Below are positions 7,893 through 17,280 of a stretch of DNA of 29,305 nucleotides, piece after piece. The stretch is from a virus (Duplodnaviria; Heunggongvirae; Uroviricota; Caudoviricetes): the IMG/VR virus record IMGVR_UViG_2728369553_000012; one strand, given 5' to 3'. The position numbers and the translations under genes were made by a program. The stretch's first letter is position 1. Every line of letters starts with the position of its first letter. Below the pieces are notes generated by a model. It searched no databases and was not told the DNA's origin. It saw only the letters and a list, made by a program, of their open reading frames with translations.

Positions 7893-9664
7893 CAGTAAAA
7901 CTCCAGAATGGTGGATGTCAGCGGAGTGCTGATACCGGCGGTGAGTGGCTCATTTAACAGGGCGTGCATGGTTGCCCAGGCGAGGTCGGCGTGGCTGGCT
8001 TCCTCGCTGCGGCTGGCCTCATAGGTGGCGCTGCGTCCGCTGCTGGTCATGGTCTTGCGGATAGCCATAAACGAGCTGGTGATGTCGGTGGCGCTGACGT
8101 CATATTCCAGACAGCCACGGCGGATAACGTCTTTTGCCTTGAGCACCATTGCGGTTTTCATTTCCGGCGTGTAGCGGATATCGCGCGCGGCGGGATAGAA
8201 CGAGCGCACGAGCTGGAACACGCCGACACCGAGGCCGGTGGCATCAATACCGATGTATTCGACGTTGTATTTTTCGGTGAGTTTGCGGATGGATTCCGCC
8301 TGAGTGGCAAAGTCCATGCCTTTCCACTGGTGACGCTCAAGTATTCTGAATTTGCCACCGGCCACCACCGGCGGTGCCAGCACCACGCATCCGGCGCTGT
8401 CGCCACGGTGTGACGGGTCGTAACCAATCCATACCGGGCGGGAGCCGAACGGATTCGCGGCAAACGGCGCATAGTCTTCCCATTCTTCCAGCGTGTCGAC
8501 CATGCAGCGTTGCAGCTCCTCGAACGGGAACACCGACGCCTTGTCGTCAACAAATTCACACATGAACAGGTTTTTAAAATCGTCGGCGCTGTTTTCGCGT
8601 TTAAGCTGCTCAATGTCGAACAGCGTGCAGCCACCTTTCAGGGCGTCCTCAATGGTGACAATCTGCCGCCACTGGCCGTCCGCACAGAGAAGCCCACCGG
8701 CAAGGGCGTTATGACTGACGTCGATTTCCACGCGTTCGGCGGCGCTGGCGCGTCCCCGGTTGAACAGTTCACCCGACCAGAACGGATAGGCGTCGTGCGC
8801 CAGCGTGGACGGGGTGGAGAAATAGGTCGAGCGCAGGTGACTCTGTGAGGCCATACCTGATGCCACCTTACGCAGTACCTGAAAATTCGGGATCCAGAAA
8901 ATCTCATCGACGTACAGGTCGCCGTTATGGCTCTGCGCGGTGTTGGAGTTGGTGCCGAGAAAAATCAGTTTTGCGCCGTTATTGCCCAGGACAATCGGGT
9001 CACCGGTCAGGTCAACGTCAACCAGCCGGGCAAAGGCGATGATGTATTCGCGGAACACATACGCCTGCGTTTTACTGGCCGACAGAAAAATCTGGTTATG
9101 ACCGGTTTTCAGGGCGCGCAGCAGCGCCTCGCGGGAAAAATAAAACGTCGCGCCAATCTGGCGGGATTTCAGGATATCGCGGATGCGGTGCTCAAGCCCG
9201 GCGCGATACCAGTGCAACTGATAGTCGAAAGACTGCTCAAAGAAAATCTGCTCCAGCTTTTCGATGGCCTCGTCACTGAAAAAATTCTTTTTCGGTTTGC
9301 GACGCCCGCCTTTGTTGCGGTTAGCGACGTTCGGATTAAGGTCTGCCTCGTTGCCGGTCTGACTGTAGCGGTTGACCCGCGCCAGCCGTTCAATCTGGCG
9401 TCCCAGCAGGTCAATTTCCTTGAAGTCACCGCCGGTTTTCTGCGGTTTGATGATGAGCTGGGTCAGCCGCGCTTCCAGACTCATTTCGACACGGCTGATG
9501 GGGGCAACGCTGTCCCAGCCGTCGCGCTGTTTCCAGCTCTGCACCGTCGGGCGTTTCATCTGCAACATGGCGGCAATCTGCGGCACGGAAAACCCCTGCC
9601 AGTACAGCAGCGCCGCCTGACGACGCGGGTCGTGTAAAAGAGTGGTGTCTGTGGTGATGGTCAT
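7892..9664 (-). CDS. P: Terminase large (ATPase) subunit (P2 gpP-like)
   Basis: ORF 7892..9694; start at the internal ATG 9664 (MTITTDTTLL) gives 590 aa, the P2 P length. Leftward, divergent from O. Confidence 0.9.
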   Translation of the reverse strand: MTITTDTTLLHDPRRQAALLYWQGFSVPQIAAMLQMKRPTVQSWKQRDGWDSVAPISRVEMSLEARLTQLIIKPQKTGGDFKEIDLLGRQIERLARVNRYSQTGNEADLNPNVANRNKGGRRKPKKNFFSDEAIEKLEQIFFEQSFDYQLHWYRAGLEHRIRDILKSRQIGATFYFSREALLRALKTGHNQIFLSASKTQAYVFREYIIAFARLVDVDLTGDPIVLGNNGAKLIFLGTNSNTAQSHNGDLYVDEIFWIPNFQVLRKVASGMASQSHLRSTYFSTPSTLAHDAYPFWSGELFNRGRASAAERVEIDVSHNALAGGLLCADGQWRQIVTIEDALKGGCTLFDIEQLKRENSADDFKNLFMCEFVDDKASVFPFEELQRCMVDTLEEWEDYAPFAANPFGSRPVWIGYDPSHRGDSAGCVVLAPPVVAGGKFRILERHQWKGMDFATQAESIRKLTEKYNVEYIGIDATGLGVGVFQLVRSFYPAARDIRYTPEMKTAMVLKAKDVIRRGCLEYDVSATDITSSFMAIRKTMTSSGRSATYEASRSEEASHADLAWATMHALLNEPLTAGISTPLTSTILEFY

Positions 9665-9837
9665 GAATACCTCGCCGTGATGAATACACGGCAAGGCTAC
9701 TGAGTCGCGCCCCGCGATTCGCTAAGGTGCTGTTGTGTCAGTGATAAGCCATCCGGGACTGATGGCGGAGGATGCGCATCGTCGGGAAACTGATGCCGAC
9801 ATGTGACTCCTCTAATCACTATTCAGGACTCCTGACA

Positions 9838-10692
9838 ATGGCAAAAAAAGTCTCAAAATTCTTTCGTATCGGCGTTGAGGGTGACACCTGTGACGGGCGT
9901 GTCATCAGTGCGCAGGATATTCAGGAAATGGCCGAAACCTTTGACCCGCGTGTCTATGGTTGCCGCATTAACCTGGAACATCTGCGCGGCATCCTGCCTG
10001 ACGGTATTTTTAAGCGTTATGGCGATGTGACCGAACTGAAGGCCGAAAAGATTGACGATGATTCGGCGCTGAAAGGCAAATGGGCGCTGTTTGCGAAAAT
10101 CACCCCGACCGATGACCTTATCGCGATGAACAAGGCCGCGCAGAAGGTTTATACCTCAATGGAAATTCAGCCGAACTTTGCCAACACCGGCAAATGTTAT
10201 CTGGTGGGGCTGGCCGTCACCGATGACCCGGCAAGCCTCGGTACGGAATACCTGGAATTCTGCCGCACGGCAAAACACAACCCCCTGAACCGCTTCAAAT
10301 TAAGCCCTGAAAACCTGATTTCAGTGGCAACGCCCGTTGAGCTGGAATTTGAAGACCTGCCTGAAACCGTGTTCACCGCTCTGACCGAAAAGGTGAAATC
10401 CATTTTTGGCCGCAAACAGGCCAGCGATGACGCCCGTCTGAATGACGTGCATGAAGCGGTGACCGCTGTCGCTGAACATGTGCAGGAAAAACTGAGCGCC
10501 ACTGAGCAGCGCCTCGCTGAGATGGAAACTGCCTTTTCCGCTCTTAAGCAGGAGGTGACTGACAGGGCGGATGAAACCAGTCAGGCATTCAGCCGCCTGA
10601 AAAACAGTCTCGACAACACCGAAAGTCTGACCCAGCAGCGCCGCAGCAAGGCCACCGGCGGTGGCGGTGACGCCCTGATGACGAACTGCTGA
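9838..10692 (+). CDS. O: Capsid scaffolding protein (P2 gpO-like)
   Basis: Start at the MAKKVSKFF methionine gives 284 aa, the P2 O length; helical, acidic C-terminal half; first gene of the rightward head operon. Confidence 0.85.
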   Translation: MAKKVSKFFRIGVEGDTCDGRVISAQDIQEMAETFDPRVYGCRINLEHLRGILPDGIFKRYGDVTELKAEKIDDDSALKGKWALFAKITPTDDLIAMNKAAQKVYTSMEIQPNFANTGKCYLVGLAVTDDPASLGTEYLEFCRTAKHNPLNRFKLSPENLISVATPVELEFEDLPETVFTALTEKVKSIFGRKQASDDARLNDVHEAVTAVAEHVQEKLSATEQRLAEMETAFSALKQEVTDRADETSQAFSRLKNSLDNTESLTQQRRSKATGGGGDALMTNC

Positions 10693-10750
10693 CCGGCGTC
10701 AGCCAGTCCGGGAAAACCTTCACGATTAACCCTTAATTTCAGGAAAAACT

Positions 10751-11824
10751 ATGCGCCAGGAAACCCGCTTTAAATTTAATGCCTACCTGTCCCGTGTTGC
10801 CGAACTGAACGGCATCGACGCCGGTGATGTGTCGAAAAAATTCACCGTTGAACCGTCGGTCACCCAGACCCTGATGAACACCATGCAGGAGTCCTCTGAC
10901 TTTCTGACCCGCATCAACATTGTGCCGGTCAGCGAAATGAAAGGGGAAAAAATTGGTATTGGTGTCACCGGCTCCATCGCCAGCACCACCGACACCGCCG
11001 GTGGCACCGAGCGTCAGCCGAAGGACTTCTCGAAGCTGGCGTCAAACAAGTACGAATGCGACCAGATTAACTTCGATTTTTATATCCGCTACAAAACGCT
11101 GGACCTGTGGGCGCGTTATCAGGATTTCCAGCTCCGTGTCCGTAACGCCATTATCAAACGCCAGTCCCTTGATTTAATCATGGCCGGTTTTAACGGCGTG
11201 AGGCGTGCCGAAACCTCTGACCGCAGCAGTAACCCGATGCTGCAGGATGTGGCGGTCGGCTGGCTGCAGAAATACCGCAATGAAGCCCCGGCGCGCGTGA
11301 TGAGCAAGGTCACTGACGAGGAAGGGCACACCACCTCTGAGGTTATCCGCGTGGGTAAGGGCGGTGATTATGCCAGCCTTGACGCACTGGTGATGGATGC
11401 GACCAACAACCTGATTGAACCTTGGTATCAGGAAGACCCTGACCTTGTGGTGATTGTGGGGCGTCAGCTACTGGCGGACAAGTATTTCCCCATCGTCAAT
11501 AAGGAGCAGGACAACAGCGAAATGCTGGCCGCTGACGTCATCATCAGCCAGAAACGCATCGGTAACCTGCCGGCGGTACGCGTCCCGTACTTCCCGGCGG
11601 ATGCGATGCTCATCACGAAGCTGGAAAACCTGTCCATCTACTACATGGATGACAGCCATCGCCGCGTGATTGAGGAAAACCCGAAACTCGACCGCGTGGA
11701 GAACTACGAGTCAATGAACATTGATTACGTGGTGGAAGACTACGCCGCCGGTTGTCTGGTGGAAAAAATCAAGGTCGGTGATTTCTCCACACCGGCTAAG
11801 GCGACCGCAGAGCCGGGAGCGTAA
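10751..11824 (+). CDS. N: Major capsid protein (P2 gpN-like)
   Basis: 357 aa, the P2 N length, directly after O. Confidence 0.9.
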   Translation: MRQETRFKFNAYLSRVAELNGIDAGDVSKKFTVEPSVTQTLMNTMQESSDFLTRINIVPVSEMKGEKIGIGVTGSIASTTDTAGGTERQPKDFSKLASNKYECDQINFDFYIRYKTLDLWARYQDFQLRVRNAIIKRQSLDLIMAGFNGVRRAETSDRSSNPMLQDVAVGWLQKYRNEAPARVMSKVTDEEGHTTSEVIRVGKGGDYASLDALVMDATNNLIEPWYQEDPDLVVIVGRQLLADKYFPIVNKEQDNSEMLAADVIISQKRIGNLPAVRVPYFPADAMLITKLENLSIYYMDDSHRRVIEENPKLDRVENYESMNIDYVVEDYAAGCLVEKIKVGDFSTPAKATAEPGA

Positions 11825-11827
11825 CCG

Positions 11828-12633
11828 ATGACGAGTCCCGCACAGCGCCACATGATGCGGGTCTCGGCAGCGATGACCGCGCAGCGGGAAGCCGCCCCGC
11901 TGCGACATGCAACTGTCTATGAGCAGATGCTGGTTAAGCTCGCCGCAGACCAGCGCACACTGAAAGCGATTTATTCAAAAGAGCTTAAGGCCGCGAAAAA
12001 ACGCGAACTGCTGCCGTTCTGGTTGCCGTGGGTGAACGGCGTGCTGGAGCAGGGCAAAGGTGCACAGGATGACATTCTGATGACGGTCATGCTGTGGCGT
12101 CTGGATACCGGCGATATTGCCGGTGCGCTGGAGATTGCCCGTTATGCCCTGAAGTACGGTCTGACCATGCCGGGTAAACACCGCCGCACCCCGCCGTACA
12201 TGTTCACCGAGGAGGTGGCGCTTGCGGCCATGCGTGCTCACGCTGCCGGTGAGTCTGTGGATACCCGCCTGCTGACGGAGACCCTTGAACTGACCGCCAC
12301 GGCTGACATGCCTGATGAAGTGNNNNNNNNNNNNNNNNNNNNNNNNNNNNNNNNNNNNNNNNNNNNNNNNNNNNNNNNNNNNNNNGCGCAAAGCTGCACA
12401 AAATCACCGGTCTGTTTCTGCGTGACGGTGGTGATGCCGCCGGTGCGCTGGCTCACCTGCAACGTGCGACACAGCTCGACTGTCAGGCAGGCGTCAAAAA
12501 AGAGATTGAACGACTGGAGCGGGAGCTGAAACCGAAGCCGGAGCCGCAGCCCAAAGCGGCCACCCGTACCCCGCGTAAGACCCGGAGCGTGACACCGGCA
12601 AAACGTGGACGCCCGAAAAAGAAAGCCAGTTAA
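11828..12633 (+). CDS. M: Terminase small (endonuclease) subunit (P2 gpM-like), interrupted by an N run
   Basis: Follows N. Contains 63 N at 12323-12385, after which the frame changes; the C-terminal part ends at TAA 12631-12633 with a basic PKPEPQPKAATRTPRKTRS tail. True length unknown. Confidence 0.7.
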
Positions 12634-12732
12634 CAACCGAATGCGCCCCGCGCCAGGGCGGCACGCCGGTCAGTGAGGGTGAATCACCTGACGCTGTACC
12701 GGCGTCCACCGCCCGACTTTTCAGAGGTAGTC

Positions 12733-13242
12733 ATGATGACGCTGATTATTCCGCGAAAGGAGGCTCCCGTGTCCGGTGAGGGTACGGTGGTCATCCCGCA
12801 ACCGGCAGGCGACGAGCCGGTGATTAAAAACACGTTCTTTTTTCCCGATATCGACCCGAAGCGCGTCCGGGAACGTATGCGCCTTGAGCAGACCGTCGCC
12901 CCCGCCCGTCTGCGTGAGGCCATCAAGTCAGGCATGGCGGAGACGAATGCGGAGCTGTACGAGTACCGCGAACAGAAAATTGCCGCCGGTTTTACGCGTC
13001 TGGCGGACGTCCCGGCGGACGACATCGACGGTGAAAGCATCAAGGTTTTTTACTACGAGCGCGCCGTGTGTGCGATGGCGACCGCGTCGCTTTATGAGCG
13101 TTATCGCGGCGTGGATGCCAGTGCGAAAGGCGACAAAAAGGCCGACAGCATAGACAGCACCATTGATGAGCTGTGGCGGGATATGCGCTGGGCGGTGGCG
13201 CGTATCCAGGACAAGCCGCGCTGCATCGTGAGTCAAATCTGA
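12733..13242 (+). CDS. L: Head completion protein (P2 gpL-like)
   Basis: Start at the MMTLIIPRKE methionine with AGAGG 5 nt upstream gives 169 aa, the P2 L length. Confidence 0.85.
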   Translation: MMTLIIPRKEAPVSGEGTVVIPQPAGDEPVIKNTFFFPDIDPKRVRERMRLEQTVAPARLREAIKSGMAETNAELYEYREQKIAAGFTRLADVPADDIDGESIKVFYYERAVCAMATASLYERYRGVDASAKGDKKADSIDSTIDELWRDMRWAVARIQDKPRCIVSQI

Positions 13243-13521
13243 TGAAGACCTTTGCGCTACAGGGCGACACGCTCGACGCCATTTGTGTCCGGTATTACGG
13301 GCGCACTGAGGGCGTGGTTGAGACCGTGCTCGCCGCAAATCCGGGACTGTCTGAACTGGGTGCGGTGCTGCCACACGGCACCGCCGTCGAACTGCCCGAC
13401 GTTCAGACCGCGCCCGTGGCTGAAACNNNNNNNNNNNNNNNNNNNNNNNNNNNNNNNNNNNNNNNNNNNNNNNNNNNNNNNNNNNNNNNNNNNNNNNNNN
13501 NNTGTCAATCTGTGGGAGTAA
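13242..13521 (+). CDS. X: Tail protein X (P2 gpX-like), interrupted by an N run
   Basis: MKTFALQGDTLDAICVRYYGRTEGVVETVLAANPGL... matches P2 X (67 aa) as recalled, ending VNLWE after the N run 13427-13502. The N run is longer than the residues it replaces. Confidence 0.75.
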
Positions 13522-13524
13522 CGC

Positions 13525-13806
13525 ATGACAGCAGAAGAAAAAAGCGTCCTGTCGCTTTTCATGATTGGGGTGCTGATTGTTGTCGGCAAGGTGCTTGCCG
13601 GTGGTGAACCCATCACCCCGCGTCTGTTTATCGGGCGCATGTTGCTCGGTGGTTTTGTCTCGATGGTTGCCGGTGTTGTTCTGGTGCAGTTTCCTGACCT
13701 GTCACTGCCTGCGGTGTGCGGCATCGGCTCCATGCTGGGTATCGCCGGTTATCAGGTGATTGAGATTGCCATTCAGCGCCGTTTTAAGGGCAGGGGGAAA
13801 CCGTAA
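13525..13806 (+). CDS. Y: Holin (P2 gpY-like)
   Basis: 93 aa, the P2 Y length, with hydrophobic transmembrane segments; first gene of the lysis cassette. Confidence 0.85.
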   Translation: MTAEEKSVLSLFMIGVLIVVGKVLAGGEPITPRLFIGRMLLGGFVSMVAGVVLVQFPDLSLPAVCGIGSMLGIAGYQVIEIAIQRRFKGRGKP

Positions 13807-14303
13807 TGCCGGTAATTAACACGCACCAGAATATCGCCGCCTTTCTCGACATGCTGGCCGTGTCCGAAGGGACGGCGAATCATCCGCTGACGAAAAACCG
13901 GGGCTATGACGTGATAGTCACCGGACTGGACGGGAAGCCGGAAATTTTCACCGACTACAGTGACCACCCGTTCGCGCATGGCCGACCGGCGAAGGTGTTT
14001 AACCGTCGCGGTGAAAAATCCACGGCCTCCGGTCGCTATCAGCAGCTTTACCTGTTCTGGCCGCATTACCGCAAACAGCTTGCCCTGCCGGATTTCAGTC
14101 CGTTGTCACAGGACAGACTCGCCATTCAGTTGATCCGCGAACGCGGTGCGCTGGATGACATCCGGGCGGGGCGCATTGAGCGCGCCATTTCACGCTGTCG
14201 CAATATCTGGGCGTCCCTGCCGGGTGCCGGTTACGGTCAGCGTGAGCATTCACTGGAAAAACTGGTCACCGTCTGGCGTACCGCCGGCGGCGTACCGGCT
14301 TAA
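13806..14303 (+). CDS. K: Endolysin / lysozyme (P2 gpK-like)
   Basis: 165 aa, the P2 K length, immediately after the holin. Confidence 0.85.
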   Translation: MPVINTHQNIAAFLDMLAVSEGTANHPLTKNRGYDVIVTGLDGKPEIFTDYSDHPFAHGRPAKVFNRRGEKSTASGRYQQLYLFWPHYRKQLALPDFSPLSQDRLAIQLIRERGALDDIRAGRIERAISRCRNIWASLPGAGYGQREHSLEKLVTVWRTAGGVPA

Positions 14304-14317
14304 ACGGAGTAAACACC

Positions 14318-14797
14318 ATGAAGAAATTATCCCTTTCACTGACGCTGAACGTGTCGCTGGCGCTGATGCTGGCACTGTCCCTGATTTACCCGCAGAGCGT
14401 GGCCGTTAATTTTGTCGCCGCCTGGGCGATTATGGCGACGGTTATCTGTGTGGTTGCCGGTGGTGTCGGCGTGTATGCCACGGAGTATGTACTGGAACGC
14501 TACGGGCGGGAGCTGCCGCCGGAATCGCTGGCCGTGAAGATTGTCACGTCGCTGTTTTTGCAGCCGGTGCCGTGGCGCAGACGGGCGGCGGCTCTGGTAG
14601 TGATGGTGGCGACGTTTATCTCGCTGGTCGCTGCCGGGTGGATTTTTACTGCGCTGATTTATCTCGTGGCGTCGCNNNNNNNNNNNNNNNNNNNNNNNNN
14701 NNNNNNNNNNNNNNNNNNNNNNNNNNNNNNNNNTTTCCGGCTGATACGCACGGCCTGCCGTCAGCGTCTTGAGGGGCGGGAACTATGTCAAAGCTGA
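14318..14797 (+). CDS. lysA: Lysis timing membrane protein LysA-like, interrupted by an N run
   Basis: Multi-pass hydrophobic protein after K; 58 N at 14676-14733; stop overlaps the lysB start. Confidence 0.65.
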   Translation: MKKLSLSLTLNVSLALMLALSLIYPQSVAVNFVAAWAIMATVICVVAGGVGVYATEYVLERYGRELPPESLAVKIVTSLFLQPVPWRRRAAALVVMVATFISLVAAGWIFTALIYLVASXXXXXXXXXXXXXXXXXXXXFRLIRTACRQRLEGRELCQS

Positions 14798-15210
14798 TGA
14801 TTGCACTGGTCGTGTTGTTATCGCTGGCGGTGGCGGGGCTGTTTCTGGCGAAGCATGAAAACGCCAGACTGCGCGCCTCACTGGACAGGGCGAACAACGT
14901 CGCCAGTGAACAGCAGGCGACTATCTCCATGCTGAAAAATCAGCTTCATGTTGCCCTCTCAAGGGCAGACAAAAACGAGCTGGCGCAGGTGGCACTGCGT
15001 CAGGAACTGGAGAACGCCGCGAAGCGTGAAGCACAGCGCGAGAAAACCATCACGAGGTTACTCAATGAAAACGAAGATTTTCGCCGCTGGTATGGTGCTG
15101 ACCTGCCTGATGCTGTGCGCCGGTTGCACCAGCGCCCCGCATGCACCGACGCCAGTGATTGTCGCCAACGCCTGCCCGAAAGTGAGCCTTTGCCCGATGC
15201 CGGGCAGTGA
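14785..15210 (+). CDS. lysB: Rz-like inner-membrane spanin (P2 LysB-like)
   Basis: 141 aa with an N-terminal transmembrane helix followed by a helical, charged periplasmic domain. Confidence 0.8.
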   Translation: MSKLMIALVVLLSLAVAGLFLAKHENARLRASLDRANNVASEQQATISMLKNQLHVALSRADKNELAQVALRQELENAAKREAQREKTITRLLNENEDFRRWYGADLPDAVRRLHQRPACTDASDCRQRLPESEPLPDAGQ

Positions 15211-15355
15211 TCCGCAGACGAACGGCGATTTAAGTGCCGATATCCGGCAGCTTGAGAACGCGCTGGCACGCTGTGCCAGCCAGGTAAAAATGATTAAACA
15301 CTGTCAGGACGAAAACGATGCTCAAACCCGACAGCCTGCGCAGGGCGCTGACTGA
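15065..15355 (+). CDS. lysC: Rz1-like outer-membrane lipoprotein spanin (P2 LysC-like), embedded in lysB in another frame
   Basis: Internal start MKTKIFAAGMVLTCLMLCAGCTSAP gives a signal peptide plus lipobox (LCAGC); 96 codons overlapping the 3' part of lysB. Confidence 0.65.
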   Translation: MKTKIFAAGMVLTCLMLCAGCTSAPHAPTPVIVANACPKVSLCPMPGSDPQTNGDLSADIRQLENALARCASQVKMIKHCQDENDAQTRQPAQGAD

Positions 15356-15785
15356 TGCCGTCACGGTGCTGAAAACCAGTCCAGAGATGCTTCGGATATT
15401 CGTGGATAACGGGAGTATTGCCTCCACGCTGGCGACGTCGCTGTCGTTCGAAAAGCGTTACACGCTCAATGTGATTGTGACCGACTTTACCGGTGATTTT
15501 GACCTGCTCATCGTGCCGGTGCTGGCGTGGCTGCGGGAAAATCAGCCCGACATCATGACCACCGACGAAGGCCAGAAAAAGGGCTTCACGTTTTATGCAG
15601 ACATCAACAATGACAGCAGCTTTGATATCAGCATCAGTCTGATGCTGACCGAGCGCACGCTGGTCAGCGAGGTTGATGGTGCGCTGCATGTGAAGAATAT
15701 CCCGGAACCCCCGCCGCCGGAGCCGGTCACCCGCCCGGTGGAGCTTTATATCAATGGCGAACTGGTGAGCAAGTGGGATGAATGA
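15318..15785 (+). CDS. R: Tail completion protein (P2 gpR-like)
   Basis: 155 aa, the P2 R length, in the expected position. Confidence 0.8.
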   Translation: MLKPDSLRRALTDAVTVLKTSPEMLRIFVDNGSIASTLATSLSFEKRYTLNVIVTDFTGDFDLLIVPVLAWLRENQPDIMTTDEGQKKGFTFYADINNDSSFDISISLMLTERTLVSEVDGALHVKNIPEPPPPEPVTRPVELYINGELVSKWDE

Positions 15786-16230
15786 GTTTAAGCGTTTTGA
15801 AGACCGGCTGACCGGACTGATTGAATCGCTGTCACCGTCAGGGCGTCGGCGACTGAGTGCCGAACTGGCGAAACGTCTGCGTCAGAGTCAGCAGCGTCGG
15901 GTGATGGCACAGAAAGCCCCGGACGGCACACCCTACGCGCCACGTCAGCAGCAGAGCGCCAGAAAAAAGACCGGTCGCGTTAAGCGAAAAATGTTTGCGA
16001 AACTTATCACCAGTCGTTTTTTGCATATCCGCGCCAGCCCTGAACAGGCATCAATGGAGTTTTACGGCGGAAAGTCACCGAAAATCGCCAGTGTGCATCA
16101 GTTTGGTCTGTCGGAAGAAAACCGGAAGGACGGTAAGAAAATTGATTATCCGGCGCGTCCTCTGCTCGGCTTTACCGGTGAGGATGTGCAGATGATTGAA
16201 GAGATTATCCTGGCTCACCTCGACCGTTAG
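15778..16230 (+). CDS. S: Tail completion protein (P2 gpS-like)
   Basis: 150 aa, the P2 S length; overlaps the R stop. Confidence 0.8.
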   Translation: MNEFKRFEDRLTGLIESLSPSGRRRLSAELAKRLRQSQQRRVMAQKAPDGTPYAPRQQQSARKKTGRVKRKMFAKLITSRFLHIRASPEQASMEFYGGKSPKIASVHQFGLSEENRKDGKKIDYPARPLLGFTGEDVQMIEEIILAHLDR

Positions 16231-16296
16231 TTGTGCCATTCCAGACACCTCATCGTCACATTGCCGCCGGTATGACCCGGCGGCATCCTTCCCGTT

Positions 16297-16932
16297 ATGA
16301 ACACTCTCGCAAATATTCAGGAACTCGCGCGCGCACTGCGCAACATGATCCGCACCGGCATTATCGTCGAAACCGACCTTAACGCCGGTCGCTGCCGTGT
16401 GCAGACCGGCGGCATGTGCACCGACTGGCTTCAGTGGCTGACCCATCGCGCCGGACGTTCGCGCACATGGTGGGCACCTTCCGTGGGGGAACAGGTGCTG
16501 ATTCTGGCCGTGGGCGGTGAACTCGACACGGCGTTCGTTCTGCCGGGGATTTATTCCGGCGATAACCCCGCGCCGTCTGCGTCGGCGGATGCCCTGCATA
16601 TCCGTTTCCCTGACGGGGCGGTGATTGAATATGAACCCGAAACCAGTGCACTCACGGTAAGCGGAATTAAAACGGCCAGCGTGACGGCTTCTGATTCTGT
16701 TACTGCCACGGTACCGGTGGTCACGGTGAAATCGTCAACCCGTGTCACTCTGGACACACCGGAAGTGGTCTGCACTAACAAACTGACTACCGGCACGCTG
16801 GAAGTGCAGAAGGGCGGGACGATGCGCGGCAACATTGAACACACCGGCGGTGAACTCTCATCAAACGGTAAGGTACTGCATACCCACAAACACCCCGGCG
16901 ACAGCGGCGGCACAACCGGGAGTCCTTTATGA
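16297..16932 (+). CDS. V: Baseplate assembly / spike protein (P2 gpV-like)
   Basis: 211 aa, the P2 V length, in the expected position. Confidence 0.85.
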   Translation: MNTLANIQELARALRNMIRTGIIVETDLNAGRCRVQTGGMCTDWLQWLTHRAGRSRTWWAPSVGEQVLILAVGGELDTAFVLPGIYSGDNPAPSASADALHIRFPDGAVIEYEPETSALTVSGIKTASVTASDSVTATVPVVTVKSSTRVTLDTPEVVCTNKLTTGTLEVQKGGTMRGNIEHTGGELSSNGKVLHTHKHPGDSGGTTGSPL

Positions 16933-17276
16933 CAGCGCGTTATCTCGGAATGAATCGCAGTGATGGCCTGACGGTCACTGACCTTGAGCATATCAGCCAG
17001 AGTATCGGCGATATCCTGCGCACACCGGTCGGCTCACGGGTGATGCGTCGTGATTACGGCTCGTTGCTGGCGTCAATGATTGACCAGCCGCAGACTCCGG
17101 CGCTTGAGTTGCAGATTAAGGTCGCCTGTTACATGGCAGTGCTGAAATGGGAACCCCGCGTCACCCTGTCATCCGTCACCACGGCGCGCAGTTTTGACGG
17201 GCGAATGACGGTCACGTTAACCGGTCAGCACAACGACACCGGCCAGCCACTTTCGTTAACCATCCCTGTGAGTTGA
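16929..17276 (+). CDS. W: Baseplate wedge protein (P2 gpW-like)
   Basis: 115 aa, the P2 W length; ATGA-coupled to V. Confidence 0.85.
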   Translation: MTARYLGMNRSDGLTVTDLEHISQSIGDILRTPVGSRVMRRDYGSLLASMIDQPQTPALELQIKVACYMAVLKWEPRVTLSSVTTARSFDGRMTVTLTGQHNDTGQPLSLTIPVS

Positions 17277-17280
17277 AACC

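Noticed and set aside
7050-9637. Many opposite-strand or alternative-frame ORFs inside Q and P (e.g. 7050..7508 +, 7331..7810 -, 8158..8634 -, 8927..9637 +)
   Set aside because: They lie fully inside strongly supported, exact-length portal and terminase genes, lack ribosome-binding sites, and have the low-complexity Arg/Ala/Pro-rich composition of off-frame translation of GC-rich coding DNA.
9665-9837. Ogr-type late promoter motif (TGT-N12-ACA) between P and O
   Set aside because: Only near-matches were found by eye (e.g. TGT-N12-CAC at 9802-9819) and they sit too close to the O start to be centred near -55; not reported as a feature without a proper motif scan.
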